A DNA stretch of 64,000 nucleotides from an uncultured Methanolobus sp. GTDB taxonomy: Archaea; Halobacteriota; Methanosarcinia; Methanosarcinales; Methanosarcinaceae. Shown piece by piece: positions 49,510 to 60,215 of this stretch (the first letter of the stretch is position 1; each line of letters starts with the position of its first letter). The notes below the pieces were generated by a model. The model was not told the DNA's origin, did no database searches, and saw only the letters and a program-made list of their open reading frames with translations. The DNA is taken from contig OY776215.1 of the NCBI GenBank assembly GCA_963675495.1, forward strand, positions 1,888,001 through 1,952,000, in the 5' to 3' direction. The position numbers and the translations under genes were made by a program.

Positions 49510-50244
49510 CTAGTCTTTCTGTTTTGATTTTAAAAGTAACGCTATGGATAAGATTGCAATAGCTCCCATAATTGAAGAAAAGCCGGGGACAAGTGTCGAA
49601 AGTGATAATGGTGACTTGTTCAGGGTCATACTTTCACTATGAAGCGCATTGCCGTTGTAAAGTCCAAATACTTTAATATCGTCTCCTATTCCGAGGTCAG
49701 TAGATCCATAATAATAAATTTTCAAGGCGTTATCTTCTTTGTCCACAATGTTTACGATATGTCTTCCCATACTCATTTCACGACTTGATACATTCCCCAC
49801 AACGGTCATGTATCGTCCGTTATGGGCAGCTGGTTCAATGGAAATGCTACTGATATTAACAAGTCCCATATCCTCAATTGGATAATGGAGGACATATGTT
49901 GGTATTAAAGTGCTTTCTGCTATTGGTTTATATATGTATTCCCCGGTGATCATGGTTTGATCACTCACATTGAACCCACCAAAAAGTTCTATTTTTGATA
50001 TGTCGATTTTCAGTGACTCCGAGCCATCAGTAAGGGTTGCAGATTGCTTGCTCAATTCTGAAATATTTCCTATGACGCTTATCTTGCGATAAGCCATCGT
50101 ACTATCATAGGCAGTAGGGTCTTCTTTTATTGCAGAAATGGGAACCATTTCCAGTTCGAACATGGATGCATATGCGTTTGTGACAGTACAACTGAGTAAC
50201 AGTATTGCCATGAATATCGTTCTTATCATACTGCCAGTTAGCAT
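49510..50244 (-). CDS. Secreted tandem OB-fold-like protein with PGF-CTERM anchor
   Basis: Signal peptide; two I..I...P..Y/H.....V.G.I/V modules; VPGF + TM + basic tail. Confidence 0.7.
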   Translation of the reverse strand: MLTGSMIRTIFMAILLLSCTVTNAYASMFELEMVPISAIKEDPTAYDSTMAYRKISVIGNISELSKQSATLTDGSESLKIDISKIELFGGFNVSDQTMITGEYIYKPIAESTLIPTYVLHYPIEDMGLVNISSISIEPAAHNGRYMTVVGNVSSREMSMGRHIVNIVDKEDNALKIYYYGSTDLGIGDDIKVFGLYNGNALHSESMTLNKSPLSLSTLVPGFSSIMGAIAILSIALLLKSKQKD

Positions 50245-50256
50245 TATATCGCCTGT

Positions 50257-51288
50257 TTAAAGTTTTCCCAGTTTGTGAAGTAATTCGGCATTGAGCACGC
50301 TGGCTCCGGCTGCTCCACGAACGGTGTTATGTCCCATTACGGTGTAGCGTATGCCTTCTCTTATGCGGCCTACTGAGATTCCCATTCCATTGCCCATATT
50401 TCTGTCAAGGCGTGGCTGTGGCCTGTCCGGTTCATCTCTTACGGTAATGACTGGATTAGGTTCAGTTGGGAGGTCTCCAAGCCCGGGATTGAAATTGATG
50501 AATGCTTCCTTTACCTGCTCTGGAGTTGGGTTCTGTGTCATCTTTGCCCATATGTTCTCGGTGTGTCCATCCATCACAGGTACTCTGTTACAGGAGGCAC
50601 TTACCTTGATGTCCGCATCTATTATTTCTGCACCGTCAAATTCTCCGAGGAGTTTAAGTGGTTCGGTTTCCACTTTTTCTTCTTCACCGCCAATGTATGG
50701 AACAACGTTATCAAGTATTGCCATTGAAGCGATTCCATCATACCCTGCACCGGATATTGCCTGCATGGTGGCAACCGTGACGGATTCAAGCCCGAAATGC
50801 ATAAGTGGTTTGAGTGTTGGGACCATGACAATTGTAGAACAGTTTGGATTTGTTACAATGTAACCATCCCATCCGCGTTTATCCTGCTGTACATCAATGA
50901 GTCCAAGGTGATCTGCATTGACTTCCGGAATAACAAGAGGAACGTCCTTTTCCATCCTGTATGCAGATGCATTACTTGCAACAGCAAATCCTTCCTTTGC
51001 AAACTCAGCCTCAACTGTTTCTGCATAGTTGGATGGCAACGCTGAGAATACGACATCAGCATCAACCTTTTTTGGGTCTACTGGCACAACTTGCATGTCC
51101 TTGACAGAATCTGGAAGTTTGTTTTCGAGTCTCCAGTTTGCTGCTTTCTCGTATGTCTTGCCCGCGCTTCTTTCTGATGCTGCAAGTGCTGTTATTTCGA
51201 ACCAAGGGTGGTTTTCAAGTGCCTGGATGAATCTCTGACCGACAGCACCTGTTGCCCCCAAAATACCTGCTTTGATTACTTCTGGCAT
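50257..51288 (-). CDS. asd: Aspartate-semialdehyde dehydrogenase
   Basis: [36 protein letters not shown]. Confidence 0.96.
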   Translation of the reverse strand: MPEVIKAGILGATGAVGQRFIQALENHPWFEITALAASERSAGKTYEKAANWRLENKLPDSVKDMQVVPVDPKKVDADVVFSALPSNYAETVEAEFAKEGFAVASNASAYRMEKDVPLVIPEVNADHLGLIDVQQDKRGWDGYIVTNPNCSTIVMVPTLKPLMHFGLESVTVATMQAISGAGYDGIASMAILDNVVPYIGGEEEKVETEPLKLLGEFDGAEIIDADIKVSASCNRVPVMDGHTENIWAKMTQNPTPEQVKEAFINFNPGLGDLPTEPNPVITVRDEPDRPQPRLDRNMGNGMGISVGRIREGIRYTVMGHNTVRGAAGASVLNAELLHKLGKL

Positions 51289-51349
51289 GAGTCTCCCTCT
51301 GGGATAAAAAAGAATAAAAAAGTAAAGAATATGGAATAAAATATCAGTT

Positions 51350-51526
51350 TTATTCCATTGCTATTGCGTCTGTTGGGCACACGTCAACACATGCACCGCA
51401 GTCCAGACATTCGCCTGCATCAACTATTGCAATGTTTTCACCGTTAAGTGTAATTGCCTCTGCTGGGCATTCGTCTATACATGTTCCACAACCTACACAT
51501 TCATCTGCAGTAATAATTGCTACCAT
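51350..51526 (-). CDS. 2[4Fe-4S] ferredoxin, 58 aa (absent from ORF track)
   Basis: [25 protein letters not shown]...[20 protein letters not shown]; AGGAG RBS. Confidence 0.95.
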   Translation of the reverse strand: MVAIITADECVGCGTCIDECPAEAITLNGENIAIVDAGECLDCGACVDVCPTDAIAME

Positions 51527-51799
51527 TTGTTTTACGCTCCTTTACATTGCATAGCAATGCGCTTTCGTTTTTATATACTCCTACTATATAATAGTAGGCT
51601 TCTACACACTATCATAACACAAGTGGGATAAAAAGCTATCGTTATCAGTCTGAAATCAAGGAGCTTGTGCTCTTATTGTTTTATTTGACCTTTCTTCGAT
51701 ATGTCAGTTAAAGACTGCGTTTTTAATTGGAATTGTATTATACTGACGATGAATATATTAGAGCAATTAAGATTAATTTATATAGTTAATATTAAAATT

Positions 51800-52453
51800 A
51801 TGCTCATGCAAAAACAAGTTTTGAATATCAGGTGGGACACAGGAGCTGTATCGCCGATAATAGGGGTTATACTGATGGTCTTTCTAACAATACTATTGGC
51901 AGGCATCACAGTTTCTTCAGTGTATGGTGGGGGTGCTGTATCATCTTTAAGTAAAGCTCCCATGGCTTTAATTGAGGTGGAATATGTGGAGGGCGGTGTT
52001 CAAAATTATCCTACTTATGTACAATACAAAGAAAATTTCCTATATATGGAACACATGGGTGGTGATTCTTTGGAGACTGCTTCCACTATGATATTAATAT
52101 CTGGTGAGGGGAGCAGTTATGAGGGTGTTGTCCCACATGGGACTCGACACTATGGTGAAGTTTTCATTAATTATGATTCTCTTATGTTTGAAGGAAAGAA
52201 ATCCGTATATGCTTCAAGGAATCCGGATATTTCAGATGGTGTTTGGTCTGCAGGTGAAAAATTGATTCTCAACGGTGACGATGCTATCAATGGCAGTGCA
52301 TCTTCTACAGTATCTGTGAGCATAAACGGGATAACAAATACTGCAAATCACTATGGTTTGAAGGAGGATAGTATTGTTACTATCAAGATATTCGACAGTG
52401 AGTCCAAGTGTATCATCTCAGAATTTGAATGTGTGGTCACTCCGGTAGATTGA
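51800..52453 (+). CDS. Archaeal type IV pilin-like protein (DUF1628)
   Basis: Class III signal peptide GA/VSPIIGVILMV.LTILLA; H.GGD.L and WSAGE motifs. Confidence 0.85.
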   Translation: MLMQKQVLNIRWDTGAVSPIIGVILMVFLTILLAGITVSSVYGGGAVSSLSKAPMALIEVEYVEGGVQNYPTYVQYKENFLYMEHMGGDSLETASTMILISGEGSSYEGVVPHGTRHYGEVFINYDSLMFEGKKSVYASRNPDISDGVWSAGEKLILNGDDAINGSASSTVSVSINGITNTANHYGLKEDSIVTIKIFDSESKCIISEFECVVTPVD

Positions 52454-52505
52454 TGCTCTATAGTATCAAAACCGTTTAAGTAATGTGAGGTCATAGGGGT
52501 AGTCG

Positions 52506-54692
52506 ATGAGCGGCAAAAGCGGATACATGAGATATTTTCCCAAAGAAACCTGTTATCCAAATCAGCAGGAGGCAATGGACAAGATCCATTCTTCCCTCAT
52601 AAACAAAGAGATCATACTTTTTGAAGGAGCGTGTGGTACGGGTAAGACTCTCAGTGCCCTGGCACCTTCTCTGAATGTGGGGAAACAACTCCAAAAAACA
52701 GTGATCATAGCTACTAATGTTCATCAGCAGATGGTCCAGTTCATCAACGAGGCACGTGATATCAGGCAAACGAACGACCTGAAGGTTGCAGTGGTAAAAG
52801 GCAAGTCTGCAATGTGTCCTAATGAGACTGATTATGAAGAATGCAGGCTCAAACGCGAGAATACTTTTGAACTTCTGGAAACCGAAAGGGAGGTCGTTCT
52901 CAAGAAACAGGAAATGAAGTCTGCGTTTGAGAATTACAAACGGTCAAAAGACCCTGCACTTGTGGCACTTCGCGATGCTCTTTCAAAGGAGCTGGATGTT
53001 GCCGAGGAAAAAGCAACAGAACTTCGTAAACGTTCATGTGATGAACTTTATGAGGTGCTGCGTTACGACGGTGAAACTTTCAGGCAATGGCTGTTCGATG
53101 ATGTGCGTACCCCTGAGGAAGTAAATGAATATGCTTTACAGAAAGGGATGTGCGGCTATGAGCTACTGAAACGTGAACTTAAGCATGCAGAACTTGTTAT
53201 CTGCAATTTCCATCACGTATTGAATGCGGATATATTCATGAGAGTGCTCAACTGGCTTGAAAAGGAGCCACAGGATGTCATTGTTATATTTGACGAGGCA
53301 CATAATATTGAATCTGCCGCAAGATCACATTCATCTATTACTATCACAGAGCATACGCTTGAGAAAGCGATTGCGGAAATCGAAGCGAATGTCGATCAGA
53401 TGCCAGATAGCGGTGCTCATAATTTATTAAAGATGCTTCATAATGTCATGATGGAGATCTATAACTCCCGTTTCAAGTTCGGTGAGCGGGAGAGGGTTGG
53501 AAGACACTGGTATGATATGCGTATAAGTGACCCCTACGAGCGTAATGATATGGTCGGAGGTAAGTTCCTTAAGCTTGCAAAGGACGCAGGTTTCAAAGAC
53601 GAGACATCTATACAGAAAACACTTTCAGAGGCAAGTGCATTCGGTGAAATGCTTGATGAGAATTATCGTGAACAATATAAGAAAGGCTTGAGCGGAGTCC
53701 TTAAGCGCTCAAACATACGCTATGCTGCAGATTTCCTGTCATCGTATCTTGTGCTTTCTAATAATCTGAACTACTATCCGGTCCTAAATGTCAGGCGTGA
53801 TCTTAGTGATGAAATATATGGTCGTATCGAACTTTTTACATGTATTCCTAAGAATGTGACCGAACCTCTATTTGATTCGCTTTTCTCGGCAGTTCTTATG
53901 TCCGCCACTATGCGTCCTTTTGAAATGATAAAATCTACTTTGGGAATTGGAAGACCTACTTGCGAGATCGCTTATGCAACATCATTCCCTGAGGACAAAC
54001 GTCTGACACTATCAGTTTCAGTTCCGCCTTTGTTTGCAAAGACCAGAGATGACCCTCAGACATTACAGGCTCTTGAAGAGGTCATTTTTGATGCCATAGA
54101 GTACAGTGAAGGCAATGTTATCATTTTTTTCCAGAGCTCATTTGAAGCCAGAAGATACTATAAAAAACTGGAATCCAGGGTAGATGCACCTGTTTTCCTT
54201 GATGAGGTTGGTGTTTCATCTCAGGAGATAAGGGAGGATTTCTTCAAAATGGGAGAGTCCGGTGGCAAAGCCGTACTTGTTTCGTATCTCTGGGGTACAC
54301 TTAGTGAAGGTATCGATTATCGTGATGGCAGAGGCAGGACAGTTATAATAGTAGGTGTCGGTTATCCGGCTCTAAATGACCGGATGAACGCTGTAGAGTC
54401 GGCTTATGATCACACGTTCGGCTACGGTGCAGGATGGGAGTATGCCGTGCAGGTGCCAACCATTCGTAAGATACGTCAGGCCATGGGCAGGGTCGTACGC
54501 TCGCCAGTTGACTATGGTGTGAGGATACTTCTTGACGGGCGTTTTACTACATCTGCTCCTAAAAAATTCGGAAAATTCTCAGTATTTGAGATATTTCCTC
54601 CCGAGGAAAGGGAAGAGTTCATTGATGTGGAACCCCAGAAAGTTAAATACTCTCTTATGAATTTCTTCCAGGACAATACAGAGTCCCAATAA
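52506..54692 (+). CDS. XPD/Rad3/DinG family FeS DNA helicase
   Basis: Q motif YPNQ, GACGTGKT, FeS cysteines, DEAHN, SAT, SEGID, QAMGRV.R. Confidence 0.92.
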   Translation: MSGKSGYMRYFPKETCYPNQQEAMDKIHSSLINKEIILFEGACGTGKTLSALAPSLNVGKQLQKTVIIATNVHQQMVQFINEARDIRQTNDLKVAVVKGKSAMCPNETDYEECRLKRENTFELLETEREVVLKKQEMKSAFENYKRSKDPALVALRDALSKELDVAEEKATELRKRSCDELYEVLRYDGETFRQWLFDDVRTPEEVNEYALQKGMCGYELLKRELKHAELVICNFHHVLNADIFMRVLNWLEKEPQDVIVIFDEAHNIESAARSHSSITITEHTLEKAIAEIEANVDQMPDSGAHNLLKMLHNVMMEIYNSRFKFGERERVGRHWYDMRISDPYERNDMVGGKFLKLAKDAGFKDETSIQKTLSEASAFGEMLDENYREQYKKGLSGVLKRSNIRYAADFLSSYLVLSNNLNYYPVLNVRRDLSDEIYGRIELFTCIPKNVTEPLFDSLFSAVLMSATMRPFEMIKSTLGIGRPTCEIAYATSFPEDKRLTLSVSVPPLFAKTRDDPQTLQALEEVIFDAIEYSEGNVIIFFQSSFEARRYYKKLESRVDAPVFLDEVGVSSQEIREDFFKMGESGGKAVLVSYLWGTLSEGIDYRDGRGRTVIIVGVGYPALNDRMNAVESAYDHTFGYGAGWEYAVQVPTIRKIRQAMGRVVRSPVDYGVRILLDGRFTTSAPKKFGKFSVFEIFPPEEREEFIDVEPQKVKYSLMNFFQDNTESQ

Positions 54693-54760
54693 TTTCTAAT
54701 GCTATGGTTTTTACATAGTTCTGGTATTTTATAGAGCATGCTTCTTTATGTTTTGAATAT

Positions 54761-54795
54761 TCGGCTTTGTGGATTTCCTCATTTGAACAACAAAT
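54761..54795 (+). repeat. Direct repeat copy 1 (31/35 identical to 56611-56645)
   Basis: Perfect 21-bp core TTCCTCATTTGAACAACAAAT at 54775-54795. Confidence 0.85.
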
Positions 54796-55183
54796 GTAAC
54801 CTTACCACCTCTATCAAATAATGCAGCCTAGAAGAGGAATATTAAAAATCTTATTTTTCATTTTTGATACTTTTTAGCACTGTTTAACACTACAATTGAT
54901 TTATTTATCAGAATTATGCATTTTGACAATTATTTGACTTGGGTATATTGGTGGGTGGTTTAGCAGGGGATAATCACCCTTAAATTGAGTTTCACAATCT
55001 TTATATACAAACATACTAAATGTAAAATGGGAGATGTTGTCTGTGTGGGATCAGTACAATCATATTTTCTTAGGCTTAGTTTGGACTGGAATTGAATTTA
55101 CTTAGTTTAAACTTTAATCCGATTTCACTATCATATGCAGACAAAAACCAAAAATTGGCTTAAACGCAAATTGGTGGTATGAT

Positions 55184-56578
55184 ATGAAAATAAAATATAT
55201 GGCAATATTAGTTGTCTTAATAGTACTTTTGGGGGTAGGGGGTGCTTCTGCAAAATCACTGTATGTGATTGATAACATCAATGCAAACCCGACTCCAATA
55301 AGTGCATATGACATAGTTGGTAACCAAATAGTTTACCAGACTACAAACACAGTTCCAGCCTTTGCAGGTGGAGCCGTTGGTCTTGGCGTTGATACCGATT
55401 CAGCATATCTTTTTGTGACCTACGAAAACTCAAACCTGATAAGTATTGTCAATGCTACGACAATGACCGTGCCAGCATCAAGTCCGGTAACTGCACCCGG
55501 TGCAAGTAACCTTGCAGGTGTTGTAGTTGATCAGGATGCGCAAAAGGTCTATACCATGGACAGGAATACAAACACACTCTATGTCTATTCTTGGGATTCA
55601 ACCGGACCTACGCTGAGTCTTGATGGCACTCATAGCCTAACTGGTGTTTCGCTAGCGCATGGAATTGCACTGGACGAGACAAATGATCTGCTTTATGTTG
55701 GAGACAGAACAACGCAAGTAAAGATATTTAACACAGGAACATGGACTCCTGCAGGCAGTTTCACAGTTTCACAGGCAGCTATGGGAATTGCTGTTGATGT
55801 TGCAAATGGATACGTATACACAGGGAATGCATATCCAGGATACGGAAGTATTGGTATCCTGAGTCAATACAACCTTGGAACTTCCACTGAAGCAACTGTC
55901 AATGTCGGTACTTTGACAGGTTACTCAGGTGATAATGCAGTGGGTGTTGCAGTTGACCCTTCAACTGGACTTGTATATGTAACTACAGGAAATCAGGGAA
56001 GCGGTGGTTCTGATAGATTGCTGGCACTCAACAGTGCCCTTAGCCTTACCGATACAACCGAAGATATTGGAAATCCTACCGGACTTTGCATACCTGGTAC
56101 AGGAATATCCTATAATCCACTAAGTTTTGGCAAGGATGATGGCCTGGCAACAACTGGTGCTAGTAGCCAGATTACCTATGCCCTGAGTTACACCAACACC
56201 AATCCAACGCCTGTAACAGGTGTCACTATTACTGACACTTTGCCAGCAGATGTTAGCTTTGTATCTGCTACAGGAACTTATGCACTAAGTAGCGGTGTTA
56301 TTACCTGGGACATTGGAACTCTTGCACCCGGAGAGACAGGATCAGTCACAGTTACAGTGCAGGAATCTTCAGGTGTAGCAAGGACATTGACCAATGATGC
56401 TACAATTGACAGTCTGGAGACCGCTCAAACCACACAGTCAGATGATACAGAGATTACTACAGGTAGTACTGGTGGTGGTGGTAATGGTGGTGAAATCCCA
56501 GAATTCCCAACCATTGCACTTCCAGTGGTAGCGATACTTGGTCTGGCATTTGTAATGCAGCGTAGAAAAGAGAAGTAA
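55184..56578 (+). CDS. Cell-surface protein: beta-propeller (YVTN/YncE-like) + DUF11 Ig-like domain + PEF-CTERM
   Basis: Signal peptide; repeated G.AVD...YV blades; YTN...GVTITDTLP..W.IG.LAPGE; GGG linker; IPEFPTIALP + TM + RRKEK. Confidence 0.88.
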   Translation: MKIKYMAILVVLIVLLGVGGASAKSLYVIDNINANPTPISAYDIVGNQIVYQTTNTVPAFAGGAVGLGVDTDSAYLFVTYENSNLISIVNATTMTVPASSPVTAPGASNLAGVVVDQDAQKVYTMDRNTNTLYVYSWDSTGPTLSLDGTHSLTGVSLAHGIALDETNDLLYVGDRTTQVKIFNTGTWTPAGSFTVSQAAMGIAVDVANGYVYTGNAYPGYGSIGILSQYNLGTSTEATVNVGTLTGYSGDNAVGVAVDPSTGLVYVTTGNQGSGGSDRLLALNSALSLTDTTEDIGNPTGLCIPGTGISYNPLSFGKDDGLATTGASSQITYALSYTNTNPTPVTGVTITDTLPADVSFVSATGTYALSSGVITWDIGTLAPGETGSVTVTVQESSGVARTLTNDATIDSLETAQTTQSDDTEITTGSTGGGGNGGEIPEFPTIALPVVAILGLAFVMQRRKEK

Positions 56579-56610
56579 GGCCTGAATTCTTACTTTTCAT
56601 TTCTTATTTT

Positions 56611-56645
56611 TTGGTTTTGTAGAATTCCTCATTTGAACAACAAAT
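56611..56645 (+). repeat. Direct repeat copy 2
   Basis: Perfect 21-bp core at 56625-56645, 1850 bp from copy 1. Confidence 0.85.
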
Positions 56646-57055
56646 ATGGATTGGTATGCCTGTCAAGGCTCGAATTAATAATTTGAATTTAATCTTTTTT
56701 GTTTGATCCCAGTATTTTTTCTTTCAGTTTATTCACTACTTAATAAATTTTTGCAACTATTGCTATGGAGGTGTGACTTTTCTGGTTTAGCTAGTGCTGT
56801 ATCAACAAACATTAACTAGTAATTAGGCAAGTCATTAAATCTGGATTTAGTGAGAGTTTTAGATTTCCAATCTGGAATAAACATAATAATTCCTTTTGTG
56901 CTTTCTTGTGATATATACTACTCAAGAGGACTGATTATTTTTAAATAATGATGTTAATATTAAATATAAGGTGAGTTTTCTACAGAGCCGAATATTTTTT
57001 TAACTGGCAAGTGATATTACTAATGAAAGTCCATTATTCTTAAAGGGGTTTTAGT

Positions 57056-57469
57056 ATGGCACTTGAAGATCTCATGAAAGAAGTATCCGCAGAGCTTGAA
57101 AGACTTGTTAGCACCAAGACCGTTGTCGGGGAGACCATGGTTGTTGGAGATACCACCATTATTCCGGTTACCAAGGTTTCATTTGGGTTTGGAAGTGGCG
57201 GCGGCGAGGGTAAGAAGAAAGGTGAGGAAGAAGGCTTTGGTGGCGGTGGTGGAGCAGGTGCAAAGATAGAGCCTGTGGCATTCATTGTAGTTTCACCAGA
57301 AGGCACACGTCTGATGTCTTTATCTGGTCAGACTGATTTTGGCAAGATACTTGAGTCGGTTCCGGGAATGATAGAGAAAATCAGGTCAATGAAGAAGTCA
57401 AAGAAAGGTGAGAGCTGTCAGGACGATTCAGAACCCTGCGAAGGGACAGATGAGTCTTCTGAAGACTGA
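57056..57469 (+). CDS. GerW/YtfJ family protein
   Basis: TVVGE, IIPVTKVSFGFGSGGG, GGGGGAG..IEPVAF.V. Confidence 0.9.
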   Translation: MALEDLMKEVSAELERLVSTKTVVGETMVVGDTTIIPVTKVSFGFGSGGGEGKKKGEEEGFGGGGGAGAKIEPVAFIVVSPEGTRLMSLSGQTDFGKILESVPGMIEKIRSMKKSKKGESCQDDSEPCEGTDESSED

Positions 57470-57508
57470 TCCTTCTATTTTTATTTATTATCCTGCCGTG
57501 GAGCAGCC

Positions 57509-58186
57509 ATGTTATCTGCCTTAATGGTCATACTGCTTCTTATCGTACTTGCTGTACTCTTAGTTTTGTTAGTTCTCTTTACTGCTATTGATATTATTTT
57601 TGAAGCGAAGGGCTCCGGCAGTGATATAGAACATAGTGTTACTGTCCATTGGTTACTGTTTTCCAAACAGGTTAGTCCGACAAAGGACGGTGAGGATGAG
57701 GATATCCATGAAGAAATAAAAGAGGCAGAAAAATTTGTCACCGAAAAGGTAACAGGGCAGTTTCAGAAACCAAAAAAAGAAAAGAAGTCCAGAGATTTAT
57801 CTTTCTCCGAAATATTGCAGGCTTTCAGACAACTGAAGTCCCCAGCGATCAAGTTGTTGCAGGGGATGATTCATGCCATCAGGATACCATATGCAAGGGT
57901 CAATATGGTTTTTGGGTTTCATGACCCTGCATATACAGGAATTGCATACGGTTATGCCCATGCGTTGAAGGGTTATTTTGCATGCCACTCCGAAAACCTG
58001 AAAATGCAACTGGAACCGGACTTTATTGATAGCAGGCTGGACCTTGACATGAAAGGGGCTGTCAGGATCAGATTGTATCGCTTTATTCTAGTGATTCTGT
58101 TCTTTGTTCTGGACAGGAATGTGCTGCGTTTTTCATGGCAGTTTCTTATTAAAAGATATTCTAAAAGGTCAAGTGTTAATCTTTAA
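57509..58186 (+). CDS. DUF2953-like membrane protein (usual partner of YtfJ)
   Basis: N-terminal TM, G..DPA.TG..YG, PDF motif. Confidence 0.8.
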   Translation: MLSALMVILLLIVLAVLLVLLVLFTAIDIIFEAKGSGSDIEHSVTVHWLLFSKQVSPTKDGEDEDIHEEIKEAEKFVTEKVTGQFQKPKKEKKSRDLSFSEILQAFRQLKSPAIKLLQGMIHAIRIPYARVNMVFGFHDPAYTGIAYGYAHALKGYFACHSENLKMQLEPDFIDSRLDLDMKGAVRIRLYRFILVILFFVLDRNVLRFSWQFLIKRYSKRSSVNL

Positions 58187-58213
58187 TAGTATGTGTCACT
58201 GATACTTCATGAC

Positions 58214-59173
58214 ATGATTACTATTAAGTCCCCATCAAGGCTCCATCTCACTCTTATTGATATGAATGCCGGTCTTGGCAGAGTGGATGGTGGCGCAGGT
58301 ATTTCTTTGGCCTCACCTCATGTTGTGATCAATGCAGAGAAATCAGATACTATTGAAGTGTTGGGTGACTCGTTCCTTGGGGAAAGGATGGAAAATGCTG
58401 TGAAGCAAGTCCTTCCTGAAGGTGAAGGTATTATTCTTAATGTCGAAGAAGACATGATGGCACATGTCGGTTTTGGTTCTGGTACACAGGCAGGTTTATC
58501 TGCGGCGGCGGCTGTTAATGATTTATATGATCTGGGCATGAGTGTAAGAGAGCTTGCCATTGCAGTAGGACGCGGAGGCACTTCAGGAATTGGTGTAGCG
58601 TCATTTGAGATGGGTGGTTTCATTGTTGACGGAGGTCATAGATTCAGTGACAAGGGTTCATTCTCCCCATCATCTGCAAGCAGGGCAGACCCGGCTCCGG
58701 TGCTGTTCAGACATGATTTCCCTGACTGGGATATAGTGCTTGCACTTCCAGAAACCCTGGGAGCACATGATGCAAAAGAGGTCAATATATTCCAGAAGGA
58801 ATGTCCTATTCCTCTTAATGAGGTGCAGGAGTTATCACATATAGTCCTGATGAAAATGATGCCTGCAATAATGGAGAAGGACATCGAGGCTTTTGGTTAT
58901 TGCATTAATCACATACAGAATATCGGTTTTAAGAAACGTGAAGTACAGCTTCAGCATCAGGCTGTGAGGGATGTTATGACACTGATGCAGGATAATGGTG
59001 CATATGGTGCCGGAATGAGTTCATTCGGGCCTGCAGTTTACGGTATAGTTGACAACAATGAAGATGCTGCTTATCTGCAGGAGGATGTGCAGGAACTTCT
59101 TGATAATACAATAGGTGGCAGAGTGATTGTCACAAAGGCAAATAATACCGGTGCGGAAATAAGGAGGGTCTGA
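58214..59173 (+). CDS. mptG: Beta-ribofuranosylaminobenzene 5'-phosphate synthase (methanopterin biosynthesis, GHMP family)
   Basis: PSRLH.TLID, GRVDGG.G, H.G.GSGTQ, GRGGTSGIG, GGF.VDGGH, GMSSFGP. Confidence 0.9.
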   Translation: MITIKSPSRLHLTLIDMNAGLGRVDGGAGISLASPHVVINAEKSDTIEVLGDSFLGERMENAVKQVLPEGEGIILNVEEDMMAHVGFGSGTQAGLSAAAAVNDLYDLGMSVRELAIAVGRGGTSGIGVASFEMGGFIVDGGHRFSDKGSFSPSSASRADPAPVLFRHDFPDWDIVLALPETLGAHDAKEVNIFQKECPIPLNEVQELSHIVLMKMMPAIMEKDIEAFGYCINHIQNIGFKKREVQLQHQAVRDVMTLMQDNGAYGAGMSSFGPAVYGIVDNNEDAAYLQEDVQELLDNTIGGRVIVTKANNTGAEIRRV

Positions 59174-59174
59174 T

Positions 59175-60215
59175 ATGGAATTCACTACATGGTTTGGAAA
59201 ACTTCAGCTGGATGCCGAGGGTGAAGTAGAGGATTGTAAGCTGTTTGATAAAGACCCGCAAAAGCTGGCTGAGCTTGTCTTTGAGTCGCAGGAGAATGTG
59301 CAGGATGTTCCGCTTAAGCGTCCTGATCTCCGTAAGGCTGCTTTGGAGTCTGGCTTTGTCGAACTTGATGAGGATTACGACATACTCCTGAGGGATGTGT
59401 GTATCAGGGCTGCAAAGAGCCAGATATCACAAACTGATACTGATGATTCAAGGATCATCCAGGCGGTTGAGGCGCTGGATGATATCGATAAGAATGTGAA
59501 TGAACTCAGTGAGCGTCTCTTTGAGTGGTATGGAAGGTATTTCCCGGAACTGGATATGACAGGCGAGAAGCTTGCAAGATTTGTTTCTGCATACGGTTCA
59601 AGGGCAAATGTGCCTGAGGATCATGCATTGTTCGAAAAGTCATCAAAGTCCATGGGTGCTGAGATATCATTTGCAGATGAGGAACTTTTGAGGGCTCTTG
59701 CCAACAACATTTGCAGCCTGTATGACACCCGCAGGTATATTGAAAATTACATTAATACGAGCATGGGCTCGGTTGCACCGAACCTTTGCAACATCACAGG
59801 AGCACCTCTTGGTGCCCGCCTTATGAGCATGGCAGGAAGCTTGCAGAAACTTGCAGCTTTCCCATCCAGCACGGTTCAGGTGATTGGTGCGAACAGGGCG
59901 CTTTTCAAACACCTGCGCTCCAGAGCACCGTCCCCGAAACATGGTATTATCTTCAACAATCCGATTATCAAGAATGCGCCCTGGTGGCAGAGAGGCAAGC
60001 TTGCAAGGACACTTGCTTCCAAAATAAGCCTTGCAGCAAGGACTGATTTCTATTCCGGTGAACTGGAGCCATCTATCAAAGAGGCTCTTGAAAAGAAATT
60101 GGAACACATTAGAAATACTAACCCAACTCCGCCAAAAAGGGAACCAAAGCCCCAGTCAAAGGGCAAAGGCGGTAAAAAAACACACAGAGGCAAAAGAAAA
60201 GGAGGTAAGCGCTAA
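59175..60215 (+). CDS. nop5: Box C/D sRNP protein Nop5 (Nop56/58)
   Basis: EWY...FPEL, APNL..I.G..LGARL, P.ST.QV.GA..ALF, PKHG.IF, RGK.AR, basic tail. Confidence 0.94.
   Translation: MEFTTWFGKLQLDAEGEVEDCKLFDKDPQKLAELVFESQENVQDVPLKRPDLRKAALESGFVELDEDYDILLRDVCIRAAKSQISQTDTDDSRIIQAVEALDDIDKNVNELSERLFEWYGRYFPELDMTGEKLARFVSAYGSRANVPEDHALFEKSSKSMGAEISFADEELLRALANNICSLYDTRRYIENYINTSMGSVAPNLCNITGAPLGARLMSMAGSLQKLAAFPSSTVQVIGANRALFKHLRSRAPSPKHGIIFNNPIIKNAPWWQRGKLARTLASKISLAARTDFYSGELEPSIKEALEKKLEHIRNTNPTPPKREPKPQSKGKGGKKTHRGKRKGGKR

Noticed and set aside
57056-58186. Sporulation genes in an archaeon
   Set aside because: The YtfJ/GerW plus DUF2953 pair is known from many non-sporulating prokaryotes; the name does not imply sporulation
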